DNA of 64,000 nucleotides from Psammoneis japonica. Taxonomy: Eukaryota. The first letter of the stretch is position 1. The number at the start of each line of letters is the position of its first letter. The notes beneath the pieces were generated by a model, which saw nothing but the letters and a program-made list of their open reading frames with translations, had not been told where the DNA came from and made no database searches. Position numbers and translations under genes: made by a program. Positions 24,981 to 38,270 of this stretch are shown here, piece after piece. The stretch is taken from positions 186,001 to 250,000 of the forward strand of contig QPGO01000011.1 of NCBI GenBank assembly GCA_008632985.1. Direction: 5' to 3'.

Positions 24981-27900
24981 CCAATTTGTTTGGGGGTGAC
25001 AGATCAAATGACTCTTTCAATGAGTCTGAGGAAGAAACTCAAGGGTGCTTCATCTTGTGCTCTCAAGTTGGTGTGGCATTGTTGACAACATCACTTGGGC
25101 TCTGGTGGTCCACGAGTTGTTGATCCACATGCCATGGCATGTGACCCATGTTGTCAATGCCCGACATCATTCTGTCATTCTGTGATGATTGCATCATGCT
25201 GTTAGAAAGGATTGGGGTTAAAGATTGACACCAACAAGGGCTGCAAGGTGACCCTCATCAGTCAGACCAATTCTTTTGGAAACAAGCACCTTCTCATGAG
25301 TGGCACGGATTCAGCACTCTGCATCCAGAGGAGAGACATTCAAGAACAGGGAAGGGCACCTCAAGAGTTGAATCTTCTGACAAATTGCAGTTTGTTGGAC
25401 CTCCAAGAAGTTCAAGATCATGTTCAAGACTTGCTCGTGATGGGCAACCAATGTGATCATCAGAACAGCACTCTGCATCCAGAGGAGAGACATTCAAGAA
25501 CAGGGAAAGGCACCTCAAGAGTTGAATCTTCTGACAAATTGCAGTTTGTTGGACCTCCAAGAAGTTCAAGATCATGTTCAAGACTTGCTCGTGATGGGCA
25601 ACCAATGTGATCATCAGAACTTGCTGTGGTCTGCAGAGTTCTTTTGCAACTCAACTGGTGTTGCTCATTGCTCAACATGGTGACACCCAGAAGTGCAGCA
25701 CAATGGACCTGTGCATGGGCTGATTGTCTGCAAGCTCACTGCAACTGGTGAGCTGCACTCATCTGTTGTGTTGGCTCTGCATGTGGTGGTGGACAAGTTC
25801 AAGGCCGTTAAACTCAAGGAAGAACCCGGTGAGAATGCAAAGAACTGTGCTGCAGAGGCAGTTGAGCCATGCAGGCATCTTGAAGGTCATCTCAAAAACT
25901 GACCAAAGATGCTGCTTTGACACTTTGCAGCAGCCTTGCAATATCAACTGCCGAGCCATTCTGGACTCAGCTCATGATGCTCTTCAATGAAGTCAACATG
26001 GATCCAACAAAGTGCGCGCACAATGATCTCATTGTGTGTGCGAACAAGTCACACACCAGCTTGGTGAACCATGAAGAATGGACATCATTGAATCAAGGCC
26101 AACTGGCTCTGCTGCTTTTCTAAATTGTGCTGATGATCATGCCACTTGCTGCAACTGTGGCCAGCAAGGTCACATCCATCCCAACTGCCCCATTGGCAGT
26201 TGAGGAGGATGCAGAGGATGTGGCAGACATGGTGGAACAAGAGGAGATGGGGGCAGTGGTGGTCATTGCAATGGTTGGTGCTGCCAGCAACAGAGCCAGA
26301 ATGGCGGTGATCCCCACCCTCAAGGTGATCAGAGGGACCCTTGCAGGATTCCTCCAAGGCATGGAGAATCTCTCACACTTGAGTTCCCAACAGTGTTGCC
26401 AGCATTGGTGTGACAGGTGTGGCTGTTGGGCCAGCCACACTGCTGTGAATCTCAAGCTCCAGAGGGAGAGAAGATGCACCAATGCCAAAAATGCAAACGC
26501 TGCTGCTCAAAAATGATCCAAGGATTGCACTTCCAATGCCAACGAGCATCATGTTGCTTGGGATCAAGAATCTGTGCAATGTTCTGGTGCTGTTGAAGAC
26601 TCCCAAGAATGCACTCTCCAGCACCCCAGAATGCTTTGAATCAGATCTGCATGGGTTGTGCCTTGGTGCATGACTGGTCAAACCAGTGGGTCAGTTGATT
26701 GTTGGTTTGCCACTCGCAAAGGGCCCCACCACTTTCTTCAAAGCAATCATTGGAGGGAGATCAACGACAAACAAAATTCAAGTCAAGTCTTGTTGTGAGT
26801 GCACCCAGAAGCCATGCACATTTTGCCAGCACACATGACATCCATGTGAACTTTTGCAATGTTCTGTGCTCTGTTGCACAATTCACACACATTCCTGCAG
26901 ATGAACTGCCCAATCCTGAAGCATTGTTAAAAAAATGACCAGCCACCATTCCAGAAGACTCAACGGACCATCTTTGGCTCAACATTCTGTCATCAATTTG
27001 TTCTCAGGTGTTGGCGGTCATTTGATGTTTGTTGGGATTCATCAAGTGTTGTGGCCACAGTCTTTCAAGAAATGTGTCACGTGACTTTTCAAGAAGTCAA
27101 GCACCTGCATGATGACATGCCAGACTTTGACTTTCATTGTTGTCATCCTTGATGTGATGAATTGGCTCAAGAGATCACAAACTGAAACTCTGATCTTCCG
27201 GCCAAAATTGAGCTCAGTGATGTGCATGCTTGCACGCCATTTTGTGAACATCAATTTGCAGGAACAGATTGACCATCTGCTGACATCATTCTCATCCCCC
27301 TCACAACAAGCAATCAAGATCTCACTTGATTCTGGAGTGAACACAACCTCTGCTTTTGAAAAAGAAGATTTCATCCCAGGGACTTGCAAATCCCTTGACA
27401 AATCAGAAGCACTTTTTCTTTCATTGCTGGGTGTCAGAGGTCATGTTGATGTCAAGGGTGTGGGTGTTGTTGAGTGGATGGCATTTGACAACACCAGACA
27501 TGAACAAAACATCCATGCCAAGAAGTGCTTTTGCACTCTGACCTCTCCCATGAAGTTGTTGAGTGTTGCCTGTTGTGGACATGACAAGAATGGGAGTGGT
27601 GTGGGCTGCAGGCTTGATGAATGTTGATGTTTCCAAGGACCATGTTTTTTTCTGTTGACGTGGTGGTGGAATGATTGCTGCACCTCATCATGAAACAAGC
27701 AGGCTCCCCATTGTGATCAGCAGGAATCCATTTTCAGCAGTGTGCCAGAAGAAATGCATCCATGCATGCAAGGCCAATGAGCTCAACCAAAATTTGCCAA
27801 CAAAAAAGCAAAAAGAGATTGTTGCTGTGGCACATTTGCCTTGGTCATCTTGGCTTTGACCACATCAAGTGGTTGGCCAGGAAAGGGTGCCTTGGACATG

Positions 27901-30900
27901 CTGCAAGAACTGTCAGCTCTGCTGCTGTTGACAATCCCAAGTGTGATGATGAAAGCCAACATGGTCAAATGACTTCAGTTGTGAGGAGAACTTCCAAGGT
28001 TTCAACTTGGAGTCAAACTCTCAAGGTTGACATTGTTCTTCATCCTGGACAATTGGTTGCCACAGATCAATGTGCACCCTTTGTTTGAGGTCATCTGTTC
28101 AAATCTTGTGGCAAGATGAAAGAAGCAGACAAGTGTGGTGGCAGAACTGTTTTTGTTGACATTGCCTCTGGCAAGGTGTGAACATGTCATCAAGTTTTGT
28201 CCGGTGCTTTCAAGGCCGTCAAGAGCAAAATGGCTTTCACAAGGGAGGCTGCTTCTGCAAGCATTCCAATTTATTCCTGTCAATCAGATGATGGCATCTT
28301 TGTGAGCAAAGAACTTGATGAGGAACTCAACAAGCAGGAGGTCAGGGCAGGGAGCTTGCTGGTGTTGGCACACATTGCCAGAGCACCATTGCTGAGCAGG
28401 AAATTTGTGCTGTTGTCAAAAAGCACAAACTGTGGTGTTTCATGCTGCAGTTCAACAATGGCCGGATGCAGCAGGGATGAATTTGTGGCCAATGGTCATG
28501 AGTCATTCTGGCATCCAATTGTGGAACTCAACCCCATGAGATGAGTGGATTTTGGTGGATTGTGTCTCAAAGAAGTCTTTGCAGGAGGGGTGAAAGCTTT
28601 GCCAAGTTTGACCCTCACAAGTTTGGCTGTTTGGGGATGCCCAACCTGCATGTTGGATCTGACATTGCAAGATGGCAAGAAAGTGCCACACTGGAAGGCC
28701 CAAAGTCAAAAAGACCAGTTTGTGGGTTGTTTGCCACTCCCCATGCAAGTGATGTCAGATCAATTGGGAACCTCAAGAGTGGCTCAATGTTGCCTCAATC
28801 CCATGTTCTTTGCAACAATTGGTTCAGATGGTTCATTCAGACAATGAGCACTGAGCACAGGCCACCACATGACTGGTTGCATCGGATGATTGGCTTGCTG
28901 CTAAGAGTTGCATGAAAGATGCATGCAGCAGGAAGAGCTGTGGAGGCAATGGGGATCATCAGCATCAGCGCCAGTGGAACAGAGAAGGCATCACCTGGAT
29001 TGTCCAGGACACCTTCTTCTTCTCCAAGACAATCTTCTGTGCAAAGGAGGTTGTTTTTTTGGCACTCCAAGAGCAAGCAATGTTCAAGAGAGAGATCCCA
29101 GAGTTCCAAGGTCTCTTCAACCACCTTTGGTTGCTGACAGTGATGGAGACATTTCCCTGGAGCTCAAGATGCTCTGACTCTAACTCAGACATGTGCTCTG
29201 GCAGAATGGCTTGTCCTCCAGACATTGTGGCTGTGAAGGGAAGGATCAACATGGCTGCAATGGACATGCCTTGAAGGGTGTGTCCTTTTTCATTTTGAAT
29301 TTGTGATGTTGATGTTGGTTCAGAAGTGTCTGCAGGACAGCAGAATTTGTGAAGACACATGCGATGTTTGCTGACCTCCATGGTGAGGGTGTCAATGCTG
29401 CACATTCGCTGTCGGCACATTTGTTGGACTCTTTTGTGTGAGCAAGAAGACTCATGATCCTGATGCTCCTTTGTGTCATGAAGCAATGGTGGGACCATGT
29501 GTGGAACAACTCAAGAAAGCCATGCATTTCGATGTCAACAATTTGATGAGACACAACATGGTCATTCCAAGGCTGTGCAACTTGGCACCATCTGATGCAA
29601 ATGTTTTGCCTGGCACTTGTTGGGCACTCAAGATCAAGAGACACTCTGGCAGGTGTCTAAAAAGTTCAAAGCATGCTGCTGTGTGCAAGGGACCATCAAC
29701 AAGAGGGAGCTGATTTCTTTGAGACTCATGCTCCTGCAGCCCAGCAGAGTGTTTGGTTGCTCATGAATCTGTCAAATCTGTGCAGATTGGCATCTTGTCA
29801 AGTCAATCACACCCTTGCTTCTGCTCAAGCAGGCATTGAAGAAGATGCACATGTTGAACTGCCCAAGGTCTTTGAGATGGAGCATGAAGGGGAAGGCGTG
29901 TTGAAGCTCAACAAGAGCTTGCATGGGTTGCATCAAGCCGCAACTCTGCTTGATTTTTCCAACATCTGTCCAAGGGTCTGGAAGGGTGTGGATTGCATTC
30001 TGGTGAATGTGATCCTTGCTTGTTTGTTTTTGTGAAGGATCTCACAAAAATCGACAACATTGTGAGTCAACTCAAGGCAAGTGGCTGTGAACTTGATGTT
30101 GAGGATGACGCGAATGGTTTTTCTCAGTGTCAACATCAACAGGGATGACAATGCCAGGGCCACTCATCTCACTGAGAAAGGCCTCATCAAGAAGATTGTT
30201 GCTGCCATGAATGTGGAGGATTGTTGCGTGAAGGCTGCCCTGACCAGCTCCGCTCCCTTGGCAGCCACTGGCGCTGAGGACAGTCCTGAATGGGTCAAAT
30301 CGTGGAGCTGCACAAGCACTGCAGAAGCAGTGCTCTGCTTGGCCTCCAGTGCAAGGCCTGATGTTGCAGACTGTCAGGTGTCTCCAAGGCATGAAGGATG
30401 GTGGCATGATTTTTGCCATCTCCGATGACTCAAGGTTGGGCCATTGTTTGGCGCAGATTTTGCTGGACTTGGAGCTGTGAAGATCCTCAAGATCCAGCAT
30501 GTGTCAAGAGTTGGTCTGGTCACTTGTTGACCATTGGTGGCAACCCATTGATTTGAGCTTCCAAGCTGCAGACTGAGATTGCATCATCGACACTCGAGGT
30601 GAAGCACATTGCTTTGTCTTGGGCGATGTGCTGGTTGTGCCAACCACCACACAAAGAGCTCGTCACAAGGCACAAGGAGGCATTGCATCTTCAATGAATT
30701 TTGATTGGGACAATGAAATGCTGTTCCACTCTTCCATTTTTGAGGATGACAATGGTGCTTTGACATTGGCCACGATGCCAGACATGACTCCGTGTGTGAA
30801 ACATGTCCCGATCAAATGTTGCTTCTTCAAGCCCCACATTTCAAAGAGCCTGACTCTGTGAGATTGTTGTTGACACACTCAGAAGATTGCTGGTGAAGAG

Positions 30901-31200
30901 CAATGGGTGGATGCATTGACCAAGGGTTTGGTGCAGGATAAGTTTGAGTGTTTGTGCAAGCTGGTTGCAGGGTGGTGGGATGCGGCGGACTCTTTTCGTG
31001 TTTGCATTCATTCGCATTTGAGTGTGTGTGTTGCACATGAAAAATGTGGTGATGGTGGCGATCAGGCATGATGAATGGGGTTGTTGCATCTCTGCATGTG
31101 GTTTCGCATCATCGCATTTGGGTTTTGTGTTTTGGCACGAACTTTATTTTGAAATTTCAACGGCGATCTTGCGGTCGACGTGTTCTCGAGAGGGAGAGCG
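24980..31200 (+). mobile_element. Decayed near-full-length Ty1/copia (CoDi-like) element: gag-PR-IN-RT-RNaseH
   Basis: gag KLKEEPGENA, knuckle WCDRCGCW.SH, protease LDSG, LLLWHICLGH pre-integrase, integrase VFVDIASG/DDGIF, RT ETHAP/KSLHGL, RNaseH IFEDDNGAL..KHVPIK..DALTKGL. Purine tract GAGAGGGAGAG at about 31187. Confidence 0.9.
25312..25620. repeat. 154-bp near-perfect tandem duplication inside the copia gag
   Basis: CAGCACTCTGCATCCAGAGG... at 25312 and 25466. One visible mismatch (GGGAAGGG versus GGGAAAGG). Confidence 0.95.
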
Positions 31201-31558
31201 ACGAGGGCGGGAGAGTTGAGCTCTGACATCCTGCGACGTACAGTACGTACCGGCAGGGCTGTGCACTCTTCTGTGGGAGTGCAGTATCGGCTTTTGTGAA
31301 CTTTTGGTCCATTTATTTCATTTTCCACTATCGGTTTATTGTGGTTCTCCGATGACTTGGTTCACTCTGGTCATATCCATTCTACGTTTTACTGTGGACT
31401 GTACGGTGGCGTATCTTTCAGGTCCGCGATCTCGCTCGGGAGGCCAGGTGGCCTCTCTTCTTCTTCTCTCACTTCTGTCGATTGAGGACCACTTCTCTTC
31501 GATAGTTCAGTAGCTGTTGGAGACCCTATTTACTTGAGACGATCGACAAATCACCAAC

Positions 31559-32350
31559 ATGGGCCGATTCTCCTACGATTGCAGCAAGTGCGGTTCGCAC
31601 GACCAGTTTGATTACATTGACCATTGCGTCATCAAGATTGGAGACTCATTGTTCGTGGAGGGAGAGTACAATGAGTACGGCCAGGTGAACGTGACGGTTG
31701 TGGATGACAACGAATCATCCACCAAAAAGCAAAAGGTAAGTATCCAAGGTAAGGGCAAAGGTTCCGCCAAAGGTCGCATGATTGAGGTGCAGTTGGAGCA
31801 GTTCCTTGAATTTTTCCCGTCCTTGGATCTACAAGACGACGATCTCCTTGCCACGGAGATTTATTGCGCTGGCGACAAGGCTGCAGCGGAGGGTAGCAAT
31901 AACAAGCCCATGAAAGCCGATACCCAGTATAAGCAGATCACCTTGGATCGGGCCTCCATGCTTTCCATGATGCTTGGAAGGGGACCAGCGGAGTACGAAG
32001 AACGCTACTGTGTCCCAAAAGGCGTCACCGTGAAGCCGCACCTTCTCGAGTCGGAACTCGCTGGTTTGCCCAAGGCTCTTGGAGGAAATGGCGATGACGC
32101 TGCCAAGATAATCAAGGCCGCTTCTACAAGCAAGAACGACAAGGAAGGGCAAGAAATGAGAAACCAGCCAAAAGAAGGCCTCCAGGAAGACGGCCTTGAT
32201 ACAAGTGAGCATCAAATGATTTGGAAAATGACGACGTGTCATCAGTCATGGAAAATTGAAATCGTTTTTCATTTGTTGCCATGCATGTATGTGGGAACGC
32301 TTTCAAACGAGTATGCTACTGTCGTATTTACAAGGAAGAAAGACTGGTGA
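31559..32350 (+). CDS. Hypothetical protein with N-terminal CxxC
   Basis: 263-aa ORF with normal codon and dinucleotide usage, MGRFSYDCSKCGSHDQFD. The C-terminus may be frameshifted. Confidence 0.65.
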   Translation: MGRFSYDCSKCGSHDQFDYIDHCVIKIGDSLFVEGEYNEYGQVNVTVVDDNESSTKKQKVSIQGKGKGSAKGRMIEVQLEQFLEFFPSLDLQDDDLLATEIYCAGDKAAAEGSNNKPMKADTQYKQITLDRASMLSMMLGRGPAEYEERYCVPKGVTVKPHLLESELAGLPKALGGNGDDAAKIIKAASTSKNDKEGQEMRNQPKEGLQEDGLDTSEHQMIWKMTTCHQSWKIEIVFHLLPCMYVGTLSNEYATVVFTRKKDW

Positions 32351-32885
32351 AGACGATGTAGAGATTGTTTCTGATTTCTCAAAGATATCACTTTTCTGGT
32401 ACTATTACTTAGACTACTAGTGGTGTTTCTCAGTAGACATTCCGCTCATGAGAGCTCCACAGTCGTCATCGTTGTTGTCGATATTCGTGGTCGTTTGGGA
32501 GCCGAAATTCCCTCCACACGCCTTTTGCTTATTCTCCCTTAACCATGAAAGTTGCTCGGAGATGCATTTGCTATGTATACATCTAACAAAGTAACTAGGG
32601 TGCTGTGGAGGTTTCTAGCGGAATAGGTTGAACAAGTTCTATCAATAGTTGAAGTAACTCTCTCAGAGAAGACACGAGTCCTAGATACTAGCAGTCCGCG
32701 CACAGCAAAAAGCGTTACGTCACACGATCGACTTTACACAATACTGTAAGAATACCAAGCAAAGGAAATCAAACAGGCAAGTCTAATTTTTCATTGAATA
32801 GTATAGGCTCCTCAAGACTCAATGTTTGTCTATGAAATCGTCCATAATGAGCTTGACAAAGAGCGACATGTATCTGCTGCAGAAG

Positions 32886-33533
32886 TTAGGCATTCGCACA
32901 ACATCCCTTCTTCTTCTTGTCGTCGTTGCTGAGACTAATGGTCTGTCCCGATGAGAGAGACGATTGATTCGCTGCTTCCTCCACAGCCATGTTCCTGTGA
33001 GACATGAGCTGGTAGATCTCAGTAAGAATTCGCTGAAAGGCAGTATCGACACCCGAAGCATCCAGGGCCGATGTCTCAATAAAGGCCAAGTTGTGCTGCT
33101 CCGAAAAGGCCATTGCCTCGTCCGTCTCAACGGCCCGAAGGTGACGGAGATCGGACTTATTTCCTACAAGCATGACGACAATGTTGGCCTCTGCGTGATC
33201 GCGAAGCTCCTTAAGCCAGCGTTGTATATTTTCAAAAGTTCCATAATTTGAAATGTCATAGACCAAGATCGCCCCGACTGCACCTCTGTAGTACGCAGAG
33301 AAAATGGCTCGGTAGCGTTCCTGACCGGCAGTATCCCAAATCTGTGCCTTGATCGTCTTTCCTTCAGCCTGAATAGACTTGGTGGCGAACTCTACTCCAA
33401 TCGTGGTCTTAGATTCTAGGTTAAACTCATTACGAGTGAAACGAGAGAGCAAGTTCGACTTTCCGACCCCAGAGTCTCCGATCAAGACCACCTTGAACAG
33501 GTAATCGCATTCTCCATCCACGTGAGCTGCCAT
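32886..33533 (-). CDS. RAB11: Rab11-family GTPase, copy A (diverged)
   Basis: Intact 215-aa [32 protein letters not shown] and a C-terminal CC. Confidence 0.93.
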   Translation of the reverse strand: MAAHVDGECDYLFKVVLIGDSGVGKSNLLSRFTRNEFNLESKTTIGVEFATKSIQAEGKTIKAQIWDTAGQERYRAIFSAYYRGAVGAILVYDISNYGTFENIQRWLKELRDHAEANIVVMLVGNKSDLRHLRAVETDEAMAFSEQHNLAFIETSALDASGVDTAFQRILTEIYQLMSHRNMAVEEAANQSSLSSGQTISLSNDDKKKKGCCANA

Positions 33534-33959
33534 TTCTTATCAAAAGTATTCTGTTGAACGGCGCAAGAAAAAAGGATTAAGCAGAGTTGATAGTCAGATA
33601 GGTTTTCTTCAACAGAAGAAATAACCGCGATTTCAAGGAAGAGGCTTTGCGATTCTTGGGTCGTGCGTGGAGCGTCGTGGGTCGTGGGTCGTGGGTAGGC
33701 CTTTGGATAGTGGGGCGCGGGGGGGGAGGATGCGCCCGCTTTTCCCTGTCACCCATCGGGTGACCACTGCGGGGGTGCCGTCTTTTTTTCGAAAATGCCC
33801 CGCTGTCTAAAGGCCTCTAGTAGTAGCAGTAGTCGTGGGTCGGCGCATATCGCGCGAGTTCCCTTTCGTGGCGAGAACTGGTGGAGGACTCTTGGCAGCA
33901 AAGTGCGGCGCCCTGAACAACAGCAGCAAACAATTACGTCGACTGCATCTCCAACCACC

Positions 33960-36480
33960 TTGCAGTGTGGCCACTGATGACTTGGAGTGACAAGACAGCT
34001 GCGGTGGACTCCCAGCACAGATGCATGCAGTGCCTGCCAAAAAGCTTCGAGGGACACCCACTCTCCATCGAGGCTTGGGCGACTTTCTCAAGAGAGTGAC
34101 TTTCTTGAGAGCCCCCAACTCAGCACTTCTGTGGATTGCTCAAATGACCTTAATGCACCAGCAAAGGGAGCTGGCAATCTGTGGGCCAAAGTCCTTGGAA
34201 AATCAACAAAGTGCAGCCTGCATCCTTTGGCTTGGCCCGGGATCAGGGAGAAAAAGAGCGAGGGTTGGCGTGCCAGGGCAGGGCGGGCACAGCTTTAAGA
34301 AGCACGCACCACTGCACATGCCAAAGAGTTTGACAGCAGCTCATCTGTGGCCCATGCACAACAAGCTTGTGGCAGCTGGGGTCTCCTGCACATGTTTTTG
34401 ATGGGGCAGGGCATCCAGCAAAATGTGCACCCTGTGCAGCCAGGGCGTGCGAAAAAGGCAGAAGCTGAGGTGCTGACCCTGACAAAAGTGCATGCAAAAA
34501 AAGGCAAAGTGGGTGACATCCTCATTGTCAAGGTCAACCATCACAAATCATTGCAAATGGAAAAAGATCTGTGCCACCCTTCTCCACAAATTGCTGCTTG
34601 TGCAGTGGTCATGAATGAAGCGGGCTCTCTTGGCGCAGAAGAGCCTGCTTCAAACATGCACTCCACTCAAGGCCAAGCACTGGCTCATCCAAGTGGAAGC
34701 AAAAGAGTTTGCATCAGTGGCATCATTGTGGAGGATGGTGCTGCTGCTGTCATTCTGAGAGCTGAGGTTGCTTGCTTTGATGTGAGAGCAAGGTCTGGCA
34801 TGTGGAAAGCATGCAAAAGAGAGGCTTGTCACCCACCAGCATTCCTGCTTCAGCTTGTGTGACTTCTGAGCACTGGGCATCAGCAGCAAATCTGATGCTG
34901 GCAAATGCAAGGCACGAGGTTTTCAAAAATCTTCAACAGCATCCAAGGCTTGCCAGCGAACTTCCAAGGCTTGTGCGAGTGAAGGTTGGCACATTCTGCC
35001 AAAGAGAGGCAACAGCAGGAGCTGCTCATGCAGCTGTTTGAGGGGCCTCAACCTCTCACAGCAGGCTGCAAAGAGAACTTTGACAAGGCAGCAGCACCAC
35101 AATTTTGCTGCCTGGCTCTTGAAAGAAAAAACAGCAGTTTTGCTCCACTTGTGTCCACTGGGACTGGAGTGAAAGACAGTGAGACACTCTTGGCCAGGTT
35201 GTTGAGGTGTGATGTTTTTTGGCTTTGACCCTTTTGACTTGCTCCTGATGCTGTCACAGATTTTTGCATGGTGTGGCAGTTTGAAGGGCCGACCATTTTG
35301 AGTGGTGCTCACACAGAATTTTTTTTGCTCTCCTGTGCACAGCACACATGTGAGAATGAGCAATTTGTTGGATAAACTCCCACTCTGCATGAATGGCCCA
35401 ATTTCAATGCACCCCCATTTGAATTCTGTGAGGGCAAACTGACACATCACAGTCATGTCTGGCACTTGCTTGACTTGGATGCCCTGTTGCTAGAGATTGG
35501 TCAGAGCTAGAAACAGCTGTGCAAAAAATGTCACATCAGCAAACAAAAATGCTTCAGAAAGAGCCAGACAAGATCCCGTTGCAAACTGGGTGACATGGGC
35601 ACCAGCTCACAAGGTTGCAGCACCAGTTGGCAGGTGAGGTTGCAGCTGTTGCTGTGATTGTGTGTCGCACAACTTGGCTCACAATGTGCCGCCAACCTTG
35701 GCTTTGAGAAATTCTGCCAAAAAAGGGCACAACAACCACGCCTCTCAAACAAGCCCCCCTGCTCTGACAAGGCAGCCATTTGCTCATTGAAGCAGCAGAG
35801 CTTTGTTGATCTGGCCTGCAAAGTGTGTGCTGTCAGCATGGAAAGACCTGCAACACAAATGCCCTTGTTGTCACCAAGCTGAAGCTTGTCACATTGTTGG
35901 ACAGCTCATGGTTGCAAACTTGAGATGTGTGAAAGCTGTCAAAACATGGAAAACAGCACTGTGATTGCTTGAACCCTTTGATGCCAAGCCCCACTCATTT
36001 CATTGGTGGGATTTTGTGAAGTGTGAAGGTGCTGACAGACTTTTCCAGAGGCAATTCTCCAGGTCAAGTGCTGTGTGGTTTGGTGGAGCCAGGTCACTTG
36101 CTGTCCAGCAAGAAGATCCCATTAAGGCTAATTTGTCATTTCAAAGCAGGTGCTCTCTGTGCTTTGCCAAATGGCTTTTGCATCACACAGTCTGTGAAGA
36201 CTCTCAAATGGCTCAAGTTTTGCTGATGGAACAACTCTGCACCACTCTGAAAGGACAAAAAGCAAATCGCTCTTCATACAAAGCATACAACAAGGCTTGG
36301 TCTTTGCAGATGACCAATGCAACTTTCTTTGTCAACTCCTGCACCTTTCAGCTTTTCTCTTTTTTCCATCATCTCAATTCTTTCATTGAACCATTCATCG
36401 CCACTTTGCAAAATTGGGCTCACACTTTGAAACCTCCTCTGCGCCGCTGCTGGATTCTTCAGAGGAATCTTTTTGCTTCG
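33960..36480. other. TpA/CpG-depleted hypermutated block between the two Rab11 copies (unidentified decayed coding sequence)
   Basis: Near absence of TA and CG, TG/CA excess. Protein-like + strand fragments (e.g. 35965-36400) could not be assigned to a family. Confidence 0.8.
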
Positions 36481-36661
36481 GTCACAACGTCACATCACAC
36501 AATCGACTGTACACAACACTGCAAAAATAAAAAGGAAAGGAAATCAAACAGGCAAGTCTAATTTTCATTGAAATAGTATAGGCTCCCCAAGACTCCAACG
36601 TTTGTCTATGAAATCGTCCATAAGGAACTTGGCAAAGAGCGACAAGTGTCTGCAGCAGAAG

Positions 36662-37312
<651 letters not shown>

Positions 37313-38270
37313 TCAAAAAATATTTCTGTTGAACAGCGCAAGAAACAAGGATCAAGCAGGTGATAGTTAGAAAATGTTACGTTTAACAGAAGAATAGATT
37401 CAAGGAAGGGGCTTTGATTCTCCAACAAGGTGACTCTTGTGTCGGCATTCTGGCATGCTGCTTCAAACGGATCATTGCTCAACTTTTCTTCTGAGCTTCC
37501 GGGTCCTGGATTATTGACATAAACGAATATGATATCGATTATTCAAACTAACGAACACCAACGTTAATTGATGAAAGGAAATGTGACGTCATCGATCCGT
37601 TCAACGGACCCCCACGTCGCGCGATCCCCGTGGCGATAACCGGCAATGACTTTCGGGCCGCAAAGTGCGGCGCCCTCAACGACAGCAGCAAACAATTCCA
37701 TTGATTGCATCTCCACCCATTTTACAGTACTACTAAAGGCTCGGAGAAAGAAAGCTGCGACGGACTCCCTCTGTATTCACTCACCAAGCTTACAACAACC
37801 CGTGAACGACAGCGAGTGAGCTCGTTGGAATGAAACCAGCCGACGACGAAAGATTTCCATGCGCGTGTTTTTCGCGTGTTAGAAAATGACCCTTTCTGGT
37901 ATATCATCTTGTATATTCTACGTACAACGATGACCGTGTGCTGTCGTCATTGAAATCGCGTGGTCGCGCGCGCCGCTACCCCTCCACGATTGGTTGGTCT
38001 GCCGTCAACCGTGTCGGAGGGAAGTTGATGATGAAAAAGATGGAGAAACTGGAAACTGCGTCACAACCAATACCCTGCCAACAAAGAAAGGAGTAGAAAT
38101 CGGTGAAGCAGATCGTAGTTCAAAGTTTGACAAGCAAGTGAGCCACAAAGATTTCTGAATCATACCGTTTCTGTTTTGCAATGAGCCAACACGTTTGGTT
38201 TTCGTCGACACGAAATGCAAGCGCAAGAAAATCCCCTGGATTTGGCGTCGTGCTTCTCTTTCTTGTGCAG

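Noticed and set aside
15700..31000. Alternative genetic code or RNA editing explaining Tyr->Cys/His
   Set aside because: Host genes use TAY normally, changes occur on both strands and in non-coding flanks, and the elements also carry stops and indels.
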